Origin: Candidatus Marinacidobacterales bacterium
Lineage (GTDB): Bacteria; Acidobacteriota; Vicinamibacteria; Marinacidobacterales; DATDRI01
NCBI GenBank assembly: GCA_965219415.1
Contig: OZ244742.1
Coordinates: 1,280,001 to 1,344,000, forward strand
DNA length: 64,000 nucleotides
Direction: 5' to 3'
The notes under the pieces are model-generated. The model searched no databases. It was given only the letters and a program-made list of their open reading frames with translations, and was not told where the DNA came from. Positions 1 through 8,943 of this stretch are shown piece by piece. Positions within the stretch are counted from its first letter, which is position 1; every line of letters starts with the position of its first letter. Position numbers and translations under genes: made by a program.

Positions 1-1
1 T

Positions 2-154
2 AAGACGAACGAGAGGCTCGAGTCCGAGCTGGAAGCCCTCCGGAATCTTCCCTTGACGTCGTTGGCCCCGTCCGAAGGTCGGCCTGACATTCCCGAAAAT
101 GAAGATACCGAGGAAGATACGAACCGGGACCCGGAACCCCGCCTGCTCGATTGA
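2..154 (+). CDS. 3' end of probable LapA-family (LPS assembly protein A) gene, partial
   Basis: Open frame from the window edge, KTNERLESELEALRNLPL...LLD*. The coiled-coil/LRNLP tail and the position directly upstream of lapB fit lapA. Confidence 0.55.
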   Translation, partial: KTNERLESELEALRNLPLTSLAPSEGRPDIPENEDTEEDTNRDPEPRLLD

Positions 155-185
155 ACCCGCTTCCGGCGACCATACCTAAGCGTTG

Positions 186-1403
186 ATGAGTATCAATGAA
201 CTGATTTCTCTCGTGGCGCTCATCGCCTTCGTCGTCGGTGTCGCGCTGGCTCAGCTTTGGGGAAAGTTGACCGGCCGGCGCCGGCCGGCGGGGCGTAGAG
301 GAATCGGAGAGTCTTTCCATTACATCTTGGGGCTCGAGCTACTTGCCTCACGAAACGTCGATCGCGCCATATCCGAGCTCTCTCGTGCCGCCCGCTCTGA
401 CACCGAGGCCATCGAGATCTATTTGATCCTTGGCAATCTCTTTCGGGAAAAGGGACAGGTCGAGCGTGCCATCCAGATACACCAAAGCATCTTGCATCGC
501 CCTGGTCTTGTCCCGCGGGAGAAAGCCCATGCGCTTCTGTGTCTCGGGGTGGACTTTAAACGCGCCGGATTCCGTGACCGAGCGGTTGATACGTTGGCAG
601 AAGTCCTGGCGATCGAACCCACGAATTCGTACGCACTCCTACACCTTCTGCGCATCCATGAAGAAGACCAGGATTGGGAAAAGGCTCTCTCCGTGCTTCA
701 GAAGCTTGATGCGGCCAGTGAAGAGCCCAATCCCACTTTGGCCGCTTTCTTACACGACAAGATCGGCCAAGCGGCTCTCGACGCCGACGAGAAGCGAGCC
801 GCGAGGAGCTTTGAAACGGCTATCGGCTATGACCGAACTCTGGCCCCTCCCTACCTCCATCTCGGCGACTTGTTGGAACGGCAGGGGTCCCTCTCTGCAG
901 CGGTTGAGCAATGGGAGATGCTAGCCCGCGAGAATCCAGAGCATGCGTATTTGACGTTCGAGCGGCTGGAGAGGGTTTTTCTTCAGATTGGCGAAGAGGG
1001 GAAGCTGGATCGACTCTATCAGGACGCGATGGCGCGTGACCGCAGGGACTGGCGAGCGCATCTCGCCCTAGCGCGCGGAAAAGCTCGCAGGGGCGACACC
1101 GACGAGGCGCTCCAACTGTTGGCAACTGCCGCGGCGCACAATCCTCATGCTATCGAAGTGCATCTCGATTATTGGGATCTCCTGCTCGCCCATGGCGCGC
1201 CCAACGAACGTATCCAAAGCTATCTCGACAACGTACGCGACTCGATGTTCTTCCTCGATCCGCACATCTGCGTGAAATGCCACTACCGTGCCAACGGGAT
1301 TTTGTGGCGATGTCCCCACTGCCAAGAATGGAATACTTTCGTCGAGGAAAGGCTCGCGGCGCGGCAGCATTCGCCCGCAGCCGCGAGCGGACGGAACGCC
1401 TAG
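186..1403 (+). CDS. lapB: Lipopolysaccharide assembly protein B (TPR plus rubredoxin-like domain)
   Basis: N-terminal TM segment, TPR repeats (LGNLFREKGQVERAIQIHQ), C-terminal CxxC...WRCPHCQEWNT metal site. Confidence 0.9.
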   Translation: MSINELISLVALIAFVVGVALAQLWGKLTGRRRPAGRRGIGESFHYILGLELLASRNVDRAISELSRAARSDTEAIEIYLILGNLFREKGQVERAIQIHQSILHRPGLVPREKAHALLCLGVDFKRAGFRDRAVDTLAEVLAIEPTNSYALLHLLRIHEEDQDWEKALSVLQKLDAASEEPNPTLAAFLHDKIGQAALDADEKRAARSFETAIGYDRTLAPPYLHLGDLLERQGSLSAAVEQWEMLARENPEHAYLTFERLERVFLQIGEEGKLDRLYQDAMARDRRDWRAHLALARGKARRGDTDEALQLLATAAAHNPHAIEVHLDYWDLLLAHGAPNERIQSYLDNVRDSMFFLDPHICVKCHYRANGILWRCPHCQEWNTFVEERLAARQHSPAAASGRNA

Positions 1404-2005
1404 CCAGCAGCGTCGCGCACCAAACTAGCCCAGACCTCCCCCACTCGCCGCTCGGTGTCTTCTAGACTCCCTGAGCTATCGACCACATAGTCGGCATAGA
1501 GTTTCTTTTGCTCGACGGAAAGCTGGGCGTCGACTCGGCGCGCCGCATCCTCGGGTGAGAGACCGTCCCGTGCCACCAAGCGCTCCAGCTGGACGTCGCG
1601 AGGACAGTAAACGACCACCACGCGATCATAATCACGATACGTTCCGGTCTCGATCATGAGTGCCGCGTCGATAACCCCGATTTGCATTTCCTCTCGCTCG
1701 GCCTGCTGCAAAAGCTTTTTCTCCTCTGCAATCACCTTCGGGTGAACGAGGCGGTTGAGCTGCCGTCGCGCGTCGGGATCCGAGAAAACAATGGCTCCCA
1801 ACTTTTTTCGATCGACCGACCCATCGGATGCCAGGACTTCCGGCCCGAATTGCCGACCGATCGCTTGGGTCAACTCAGTTTGCTGACCGAGGAGCCGGTG
1901 AACGACGGTATCGGCGTCCACAGTGAAGGCTCCTCGTTCGGCCAACAGTTTCCGAACGTGGGTCTTGCCGCATGCGATGCCCCCGGTGAGGCCTACCCTC
2001 AGCAT
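1400..2005 (-). CDS. coaE: Dephospho-CoA kinase
   Basis: VGLTGGIACGKT P-loop, DRKKLGAIVF, LVHP motifs. Confidence 0.95.
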   Translation of the reverse strand: MLRVGLTGGIACGKTHVRKLLAERGAFTVDADTVVHRLLGQQTELTQAIGRQFGPEVLASDGSVDRKKLGAIVFSDPDARRQLNRLVHPKVIAEEKKLLQQAEREEMQIGVIDAALMIETGTYRDYDRVVVVYCPRDVQLERLVARDGLSPEDAARRVDAQLSVEQKKLYADYVVDSSGSLEDTERRVGEVWASLVRDAAG

Positions 2006-2937
2006 GGCGGGCGACTAGAGGAGAGGCGTCTCTGGCGCGCCAAACGCGCGGCATTGACGAGCAGCATCGCGATGGTGAGTGGACCAACACCTCCCGGCAC
2101 GGGGGTGAGCGCCCCGGCCACTTCCTCCGCTTCGCGCGGATGCACATCTCCCACCAAGGTGTAACCCTTCTCCTCGAGTTGGGCGAGGCGTGGCGAGTCG
2201 TCTCCGAAGTAATCCCGCACCGCTTGCGGATCCTCGATGCGGTTGATGCCAACATCCACCACCACCGCTCCCGGCTTGATGAAGTCTCGCCCGACTAACG
2301 CCGGCCTACCGAGGGCCGCGATCAAGATGTCCGCCTCTGCGGCCACCTTGGCCAACTCCCGTGTCCGCGAGTGGCACACCGTCACCGTCGCGTGCTCATG
2401 GAGGAGTAGAAGCGCCATGGGCTTTCCAACGATGTTGCTCCTTCCGAGCACCACCGCGCGGGCGCCTTTGATTTCCACCTTTTCCCTCTTAAGTAGCTCG
2501 AGAATACCCGCGGGAGTGCATGGCCGAGGCGCTGGCTCGTTTTGAACTAGCCGACCGACGTTTACCGGATGAAAACCGTCCACGTCCTTGTCCGGCCGAA
2601 TGAGAGGAATGAACTCGCTCGCGTCGAGGTGATCGGGAAGCGGAAGCTGCAGCAGAATAGCGTCCACGTCTTCCTTTTGGTTCAGAGTCTCGATCTGCTC
2701 GGCGAGCGCCTCGCGGCTGGTGTCGGCTCCGAGGCGGATGGCTTCGGAATGAATGCCTGCTTTTTCCGAGGCCCGCGTCTTGTTCCGCACATAGATCTCG
2801 GATGCCGGACTGTCTCCAACCAGAATCGCAACTAGTCCGGGAACCACTCCTCGAGCGGCTAGCTCGCTCACGTCTTGGCGGACGTCTTCACGGATAGCCT
2901 GCCCCACTTTCTTGCCATCGAGTACGTGTGCGCTCAA
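1999..2937 (-). CDS. folD: Bifunctional methylene-THF dehydrogenase/cyclohydrolase
   Basis: YVRNK, KDVDGFHP, PCTPAG, GRSNIVGKP, TPVPGGVGPLT. Start placed at TTG 2937 behind an AGGAG SD, not at the ORF-track 3090. Confidence 0.95.
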   Translation of the reverse strand: MSAHVLDGKKVGQAIREDVRQDVSELAARGVVPGLVAILVGDSPASEIYVRNKTRASEKAGIHSEAIRLGADTSREALAEQIETLNQKEDVDAILLQLPLPDHLDASEFIPLIRPDKDVDGFHPVNVGRLVQNEPAPRPCTPAGILELLKREKVEIKGARAVVLGRSNIVGKPMALLLLHEHATVTVCHSRTRELAKVAAEADILIAALGRPALVGRDFIKPGAVVVDVGINRIEDPQAVRDYFGDDSPRLAQLEEKGYTLVGDVHPREAEEVAGALTPVPGGVGPLTIAMLLVNAARLARQRRLSSSRPPC

Positions 2938-3014
2938 ATTCTCTCCTTGTCCGGCCCACTTGCACTTTCGCGATGCCTCTACCAAAGGATTAACGGTAAA
3001 GGAAACCACTTGCA

Positions 3015-3193
3015 CCCTCACCCGCCGTCTGACCGACGCCTGGCCAACTGTTTTATGGCTACTCCCTATTTTGGCGTCCCTCATGAGCACGACGTATTTT
3101 GACGGCCACTCTCCCGACCCGCCTCCGCCCGCCTCAACCCCAATGACTTCGGCGGGTCCGCCGGAGCTTCCAGCGAAGGCGGACGGGAGAGGG
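3015..3193. repeat. Nested palindromic REP-like intergenic element
   Basis: CCCTCACCC (3015) ... CTCTCCCG (3109) pairs with CGGGAGAG (3184). It encloses the inner hairpin GTCCGCC-ggagcttccagcgaa-GGCGGAC (3156-3184). Confidence 0.6.
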
Positions 3194-3215
3194 ACTAAAG
3201 GATGAAGAAACTAAA

Positions 3216-4574
3216 TTAAAGCACAGGTGCAGTGTCCTTCGCCGCAAAACGCTCGAGGAATCGTGTGTTGTAACGCCCTTCTTGAAAATCTTGGTCGGCG
3301 AGGATCTTCTGATGCAACGGGGCGGTCGTCTTCACGCCCTCGATGACGGTCAAGCTCAAGGCACGTCTCATTCGCCCGATGGCCGCCTTGCGAACGCGGT
3401 CATGCACGACTAGCTTAGCAATCATCGAATCGTAGTATGGGAGCACTTTGCACTCGGAGTGCGCCGCAGTGTCGACCCGAACGCCCGGTCCACCCGGAAG
3501 GTGAAAGGCGTGGATAGTCCCCGGCGATGGCGTGAAGGTGTCGGGATCCTCGGCGTTGATCCGACACTCGATACTCGCACCGTAGAAGGAGACTTCTTTC
3601 TGAGAATAGCCAAGCGGCTCTCCACAAGCGATACGGATTTGCTCCTTCACCAGATCGATGCCGGTGACCATTTCGGTTACCGGATGCTCTACTTGGATGC
3701 GCGTGTTCATCTCCATGAAGTAGAACTTCTCGTTCTCATCCAGCAGGAACTCGATGGTGCCGGCATTGACGTAGTCTACGGCGCGCGCTCCGTCCACCGC
3801 CAAGCGTCCCATTTTCTTGCGCAGGCGGTCCGTTAGTCCCGGCGAAGGCGACTCCTCGAGAAGCTTTTGGTGGCGCCTCTGGATGGAACATTCGCGTTCT
3901 CCGAGATGCACCACGTTGCCCTTCGAATCGCCCAGAATTTGTATCTCGATGTGCCTTGGACTCTTCAGGTATTTCTCGAGGTAGACATCGCCCACTCCGA
4001 AAGCGGACTCCGCCTCCTGACGAGCGGCCCGGAACGCCTTGGACAGCTCGGCCTCATTGTCCACGATTCGCATACCGCGGCCACCACCACCGGCAGAAGC
4101 CTTGAGTATGACCGGGAAGCCGATGCCTTTCGCCACCTGAACTGCTTGCTCCGCATCTTCCATGATTCCGTTCGAACCAGGTAGAACGGGAACACCGGCC
4201 TTCTTCATCGTCCGCCGGGCGAGGGCCTTGTCTCCCATCAATCGGATGGCACGCGGGCTGGGTCCGATGAACTTGATGTGGCATGCCTCGCACACTTCGG
4301 CCAAGTACGAGCTCTCAGCGAGGAACCCGTAGCCAGGATGAATAGCGTCGGCGCCCGTGATCTCAGCGGCGGAAATGATATTCGGAATATTGAGATAGCT
4401 GTCGACGCTTCGCGCCGGACCGATACAAACTTCCTCATCCGCAAAGCGAACGTGCAGCGAGTCTCGATCGGCGTCCGAGTAGACCGCTACCGTGCGAATG
4501 CCCAGCTCCTTACAGGCGGAGAGGACCCTGAGCGCAATCTCGCCGCGGTTGGCGATCAGGATCTTTTTGAACAT
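3216..4574 (-). CDS. accC: Acetyl-CoA carboxylase, biotin carboxylase subunit
   Basis: [49 protein letters not shown]. Confidence 0.97.
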   Translation of the reverse strand: MFKKILIANRGEIALRVLSACKELGIRTVAVYSDADRDSLHVRFADEEVCIGPARSVDSYLNIPNIISAAEITGADAIHPGYGFLAESSYLAEVCEACHIKFIGPSPRAIRLMGDKALARRTMKKAGVPVLPGSNGIMEDAEQAVQVAKGIGFPVILKASAGGGGRGMRIVDNEAELSKAFRAARQEAESAFGVGDVYLEKYLKSPRHIEIQILGDSKGNVVHLGERECSIQRRHQKLLEESPSPGLTDRLRKKMGRLAVDGARAVDYVNAGTIEFLLDENEKFYFMEMNTRIQVEHPVTEMVTGIDLVKEQIRIACGEPLGYSQKEVSFYGASIECRINAEDPDTFTPSPGTIHAFHLPGGPGVRVDTAAHSECKVLPYYDSMIAKLVVHDRVRKAAIGRMRRALSLTVIEGVKTTAPLHQKILADQDFQEGRYNTRFLERFAAKDTAPVL

Positions 4575-4626
4575 GGATGCATCTCGCTGGGAGTGAGGGG
4601 GGGCGGTGTTCGACGAGAACCGCCGC

Positions 4627-5100
4627 TTAACTGTTCACCCGAATGGCAAAGAGCTCGTCACCGAATTGAACGGGCTGCCCGTTCTCGACGAATACCTTTA
4701 CGATCTCACCCTCCTCCTCCGATTCGATCTCGTTCATGAGCTTCATCGCCTCGATGATACAGAGCACTTGCCCTAGTCCCACCGGGTCGCCTTCGTTGAC
4801 GAACGGAGGAGCACTGGGGTCGGGTGACCGGTAGAACGTCCCCACCATCGGTGAACGCACCAGAGTCACGCCAATTTCCTCCGCCGCAGCCGCCTTTTCA
4901 GGGCGTGGCTCGGCGGTCTCCGTCGGCGGGAGGAAGGCTGCCCCCGGATTGCTACGTGCGGCAGCGATCGGGGTTGGCGGTGCTGGCGAGTCGTGGCCCT
5001 TCTTGATCTTGACCTTGACTCCCTTTTCTTCAAGCTCGAACTCGGTGATGCCTTTCTCCAATACGAGATCGAGCAACTCCTTGAGCTCTTTCAGATTCAA
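4627..5100 (-). CDS. accB: Biotin carboxyl carrier protein
   Basis: SPMVGTFY and the [10 protein letters not shown] biotinylation motif; TTG start. Confidence 0.97.
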   Translation of the reverse strand: MNLKELKELLDLVLEKGITEFELEEKGVKVKIKKGHDSPAPPTPIAAARSNPGAAFLPPTETAEPRPEKAAAAEEIGVTLVRSPMVGTFYRSPDPSAPPFVNEGDPVGLGQVLCIIEAMKLMNEIESEEEGEIVKVFVENGQPVQFGDELFAIRVNS

Positions 5101-5143
5101 AGACGTTGGTCTCCGCTACCGGCACCTACTACGTGAGAAGGCG

Positions 5144-6247
5144 CTAACCATAACACACCCATGAAAAGTCCTGCAATCCGTCCTCGTTGCGACTGAGGAG
5201 CCGGTACCCGTCCTCGGTCACCAGAACATCGTCTTCCAAACGCACTCCACCCTGTCCCGGGATGTAGATCCCAGGCTCAACGGTGAAGACCATTCCCGGC
5301 TTGAGCCGCTCCACCCGACCCGGCGAGATCCAGGGGGCCTCGTGAACCTCTAGGCCGATTCCGTGCCCAGTTCCGTGCCCAAAAAACTCGCCAAAGCCGG
5401 CCGCTTCGATGACTTCTCGAGCTGCGGCGTCCACTTCCTGAGCCTCCACCCCGGGCCCGATCCTTTGAATCGCAGACTGTTGAGCGACGGCGACCACTTC
5501 GTAGATCCGTGCCATCTCCTTCGGCGGGTCCCCGATCGAAAAAGTCCGGGTGATGTCGCTCGCGTACCCTTCCATGACGCCACCGAAGTCCGCGACCACG
5601 ATGTCTCCAGCCCCAAAATGACGGTCTGTGGGGCGACCGTGCGGAAGCGCCGAACGCGAACCTGAAGCCACAATAGTCTCGAAAGAGTTCTTTTCATAAC
5701 CCTCTCGTCGCAATCGGTAGTCGAGCTCGGTAGCCAACGCTCGCTCGGTTGTCCCGACTCGGAGCGAGCCCCGTATCGAATCGAGTGCGGGCATCAAGCC
5801 GACCGCCGCGCGTTCGAGCACCGCGAGCTCGGATGCATCCTTCACGACGCGCAGCTCTTCGACCCACTCCTGCGTTCCTAGGAGTCGAGCCGTGGGCAGT
5901 TCGGACTCCAACAACTTCAGCTGGGAGACCCGAAGGTGGGCCTCTTCGTATGCTAGGCTCTTGAAAGCTCGAGCACGAGTGAATCGCGCCAGGGTCTCCT
6001 GGTAGGAACCGGAGACCAAGTGGATTTCGAGCTGGCCGGTCTCCTCCCGAGACTGGCTCTTGTATCGCGAGTCCGTGATGAGTGTGGTGGTCTCGTCTTG
6101 TTCGACTACGAGCACCGCAGCGCTTCCCGAAAATCCAGAGAGATACCGGACGTTGGGCAAGTGAGTGACGATGAAAGCCAGGACGGTCAGCCCGTCGAGA
6201 GATCGCGCCAGCCGCGCACGGCGATCCACGAACTGGAACGATGACAT
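5144..6247 (-). CDS. Xaa-Pro peptidase (M24 family)
   Basis: Creatinase-like N-domain (NVRYLSGF), SDITRT, HGTGHGIGLEVHE, TVEPGIY, RLEDD. Confidence 0.92.
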   Translation of the reverse strand: MSSFQFVDRRARLARSLDGLTVLAFIVTHLPNVRYLSGFSGSAAVLVVEQDETTTLITDSRYKSQSREETGQLEIHLVSGSYQETLARFTRARAFKSLAYEEAHLRVSQLKLLESELPTARLLGTQEWVEELRVVKDASELAVLERAAVGLMPALDSIRGSLRVGTTERALATELDYRLRREGYEKNSFETIVASGSRSALPHGRPTDRHFGAGDIVVADFGGVMEGYASDITRTFSIGDPPKEMARIYEVVAVAQQSAIQRIGPGVEAQEVDAAAREVIEAAGFGEFFGHGTGHGIGLEVHEAPWISPGRVERLKPGMVFTVEPGIYIPGQGGVRLEDDVLVTEDGYRLLSRNEDGLQDFSWVCYG

Positions 6248-6282
6248 GGGACGAGCGAGGCGTCGAGCCCGAGCTAAGGCCC

Positions 6283-6642
6283 CTAAGCGAACTCTTTTTC
6301 CAGCCTAAGCGTGGCGCGCCGCATCGCGAAGCGGGCCCGCCCATGGTTCGAGCCTCGCCTCATGACCCCGAGAAGGATGTAGTCCTCGGTGATGGCGACG
6401 GCGAGGATCACGAGAAGTTCGGTAGTGATCGTGATCTCCCGTAAGTTTCCGGCGCCGACTTCCTCCGATGCTTGCCGCGTGTTCTTTAGGAGTGCGGTAC
6501 ACTCGGCGGCCAACGTCTCGAAGTTGACCGTCTCGTCCAAAGCGAGCTGCTCGATGGGGATGCCATCCATTCCCATCACCACGAGACCTACCCAGCCATC
6601 GACCTTCTTCGCTACGTCCTGCAAGACTTCCGAGAAAACCAT
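6283..6642 (-). CDS. Roadblock/LC7 (MglB-like) domain protein
   Basis: 119 aa with the VMGMDGIPIE and GRARF patterns typical of bacterial roadblock proteins. Confidence 0.8.
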   Translation of the reverse strand: MVFSEVLQDVAKKVDGWVGLVVMGMDGIPIEQLALDETVNFETLAAECTALLKNTRQASEEVGAGNLREITITTELLVILAVAITEDYILLGVMRRGSNHGRARFAMRRATLRLEKEFA

Positions 6643-6652
6643 CCTTACTCCT

Positions 6653-8170
6653 TCAGGATCTGCCGATGGCGACGAGCCACCCTTCTAACGCGCGGATCGC
6701 CTTTTCGAGAGCATGCACGTTGGGATTGGCTCGACCCGTCGCCGCACTGCCCCCCCCTCGCTCGGCAGGCGCGGGTTCCTGTGACGCTTTGACCAACATC
6801 TCGAGCTCTTCCATACGGCCACTTAGTTCCACATTGTCTGGCTGAATGGCGACCAGTTGCCGGTACACCCCCAAGGCACGGTCGAGATGACCCTGGGACG
6901 CGTAAAGCTCCGCCAGGGTCTCAGTGGCGAGCCCCGGCTTGTCTTCTTCAGCCGGTTCAGCCGATTCAACTGGCGTCGCGGTGGCACCGAAACCAACCGG
7001 CCCGATGGGCTGGACAGGCACTACAGGCTCAGTCGTCTGCTGGAGGGGTGACGGCTCGAGGGCCATCGGTTCGACACTCTCGATAGGCTCAATGGGCTCT
7101 ATAGGCTGAAAAGGCTCAGCAGGGACTACGGCAGCATCGACGCCTTCGTCGACTGGAAGCACGGGTTGCCCCGGTTCTTCCGGCGAGGCCAGTTCTTGAG
7201 GTTCGGACGGTATTCCGAACTCAGATCCAGCGGGTTCCAACGGGGCCAATTCTTGGGGTTCCTGGGGTATACCAAACTCGGTGCTAGATGAAGCCGGCGG
7301 TGGTTCCGACGCAACGGTTGGGCCTTGCGGAACAATAGTGGGTGGGGTAGGCGGGGTGGGCGCCGACGCCTCGCTCTCCCGATCCTGTGGTGCCCCCGGT
7401 CGTACCGATGCCGGGTCCACCATGGGAGTCGGTTCATTGAGCGCCGGGGGAGCCGCGTCATCAGGAACTCCTGGCGCGACAGGTGGTGGCTCCCCGCTCT
7501 TGTTCACCGGTGGAGGAATGGATCCGACATCCATGATCTCCCGGGCCTGTCGCTTGAAAATCGAAGTGACCGGTTGATCTTCGAGCTCCTCCTGTATCGA
7601 ACGGACATCCTCCGACAGGGAGTCAGAACCACCCATCTCGCTGGCCTGCCTCTCGATGAGGAAGGACGAAGGCGGCCTCTTCGGGGGTATCGTCGGGGTC
7701 GTGCTTTGCTCGCCCATGGGGGGCGTGCCGGCACCATCTGCGGGGCTTGCAGGCGGCGACGCAGGTGGAGCGGCGATGGCCGCCTCGACCTGCCCGATAC
7801 GATCGACGAGGTCCTTGTCCTCCGGCGACAAGGTGCTCGCTAGCTGGTATTTCGAAAGCGCCTCTTGAAGATGGCCCAGCCCGTGGTACGTTTCTCCAAG
7901 AAACTTCAACGCGAGAAGATTGTCCGGCACTTGCTGGAGTACTTGCTCGAATTCCCCGCGGGCTTCCTCGAGCGAATTCGACTCGAGTAGTGCTCGGCCT
8001 AGGGCGACCCGGGCAGAGAAGTAATTGGGATGTTTCTCGAGGCCGTCGCGGCAGGTCGCGACGGCATCCTCTTGCAGGCCGGCCTTGCGGTACTCCTCGG
8101 CAAGCTGGACGAAGATTTTGGAGTTGGGGTCGGCGGCCAGCCATTTTTCCAGATCTTCAATCCGACTCAT
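6653..8170 (-). CDS. TPR protein with long Pro/Glu-rich linker and C-terminal TPR
   Basis: DPNSKIFVQLAEEYRK N-terminal TPRs, a low-complexity linker with EFGIPxEPQELA twice, and C-terminal ATETLAELYASQGH. Start placed at ATG 8170. Confidence 0.8.
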   Translation of the reverse strand: MSRIEDLEKWLAADPNSKIFVQLAEEYRKAGLQEDAVATCRDGLEKHPNYFSARVALGRALLESNSLEEARGEFEQVLQQVPDNLLALKFLGETYHGLGHLQEALSKYQLASTLSPEDKDLVDRIGQVEAAIAAPPASPPASPADGAGTPPMGEQSTTPTIPPKRPPSSFLIERQASEMGGSDSLSEDVRSIQEELEDQPVTSIFKRQAREIMDVGSIPPPVNKSGEPPPVAPGVPDDAAPPALNEPTPMVDPASVRPGAPQDRESEASAPTPPTPPTIVPQGPTVASEPPPASSSTEFGIPQEPQELAPLEPAGSEFGIPSEPQELASPEEPGQPVLPVDEGVDAAVVPAEPFQPIEPIEPIESVEPMALEPSPLQQTTEPVVPVQPIGPVGFGATATPVESAEPAEEDKPGLATETLAELYASQGHLDRALGVYRQLVAIQPDNVELSGRMEELEMLVKASQEPAPAERGGGSAATGRANPNVHALEKAIRALEGWLVAIGRS

Positions 8171-8201
8171 CTTGGGTTCGCTTGATACCAGTGTAACGCA
8201 T

Positions 8202-8235
8202 AAAGGCGGAGCGGAACCAGGTCCGCTCCGCCTTT
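8202..8235. terminator. Intrinsic terminator-like hairpin after the pil operon
   Basis: Perfect 14-bp inverted repeat AAAGGCGGAGCGGA-accagg-TCCGCTCCGCCTTT; only a short U tail. Confidence 0.65.
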
Positions 8236-8298
8236 CGGATAGTTGTCGAGCGTCAAAGCCCATTTGAATCTATTCCACATGAACGCCTCCCTGAAGCT

Positions 8299-8938
8299 CT
8301 AATTGCCACCTTCGCTTGCAAAATCAGCGAAATGGATGTTGAGGACCGACTTGGCCGAAATCTCTCGGCCCGCGCCGTCGGTGCCGAAGAATTCGACCTC
8401 GGCGATGACCGACAGCACAACCGCTCCCCCGTTGAACGCGAGGTTGCGTAGCGGTGCCTCGAGCTTGGCCTGATCTCGTACGATGACGAAGCTTCGCGTG
8501 GCCGCGCCTCCACCGACCGCCACCGTAAAGTTCGCGGCGCCATCGAAAGGAAAGGGCACGTCCTCGCCGGGCCGGTTCCGCCCGTCGGTGCGAATGAACG
8601 TGACCCTATAGGTCCGGAACGTCACAATCGTTGAAGAACGAAGTCTGGGTCTGAAGCGGGTTCTTCAAAGTGGCCGAGAGTTGGACGAGACCGAAATCGG
8701 CAGTGACCGTGCACGTCCCCTCGGTGAAGCTATCGTTGGAGCAGATGTCGGACAGTAAGTCATCGGTTCCCGAACCGGTCGGGGACCCGGCTACGCCCTG
8801 CATGGTGTCGATGATAATGATCGTGTTTGTCGTATCCTGCTCCAACACGTTGGGGGTGCTGCAGCTAATCAAGTGCAGGCAGAACACCGCCGCAATGAGT
8901 AGGAACGCTTTAGCTCTGAAAAACGAAGTCATTCCCAT
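8299..8938 (-). CDS. Putative lipoprotein downstream of pilQ, split by a 1-bp frameshift at ~8626
   Basis: Signal peptide with LISC lipobox. Removing one base at 8626-8627 joins ...FFND to VTFRTYRVTFIRTDGRN. Confidence 0.65.
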
Positions 8939-8943
8939 GCCTC

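Noticed and set aside
2940-3215. Folate-related riboswitch upstream of folD
   Set aside because: No recognisable ZMP/ZTP or THF consensus; the structure is better explained as nested REP-like palindromes.
7060-7290. Short repeats in the TPR gene as a possible array
   Set aside because: They are degenerate in-frame coding repeats (EPI, EFGIPxEPQELA) of a low-complexity linker.
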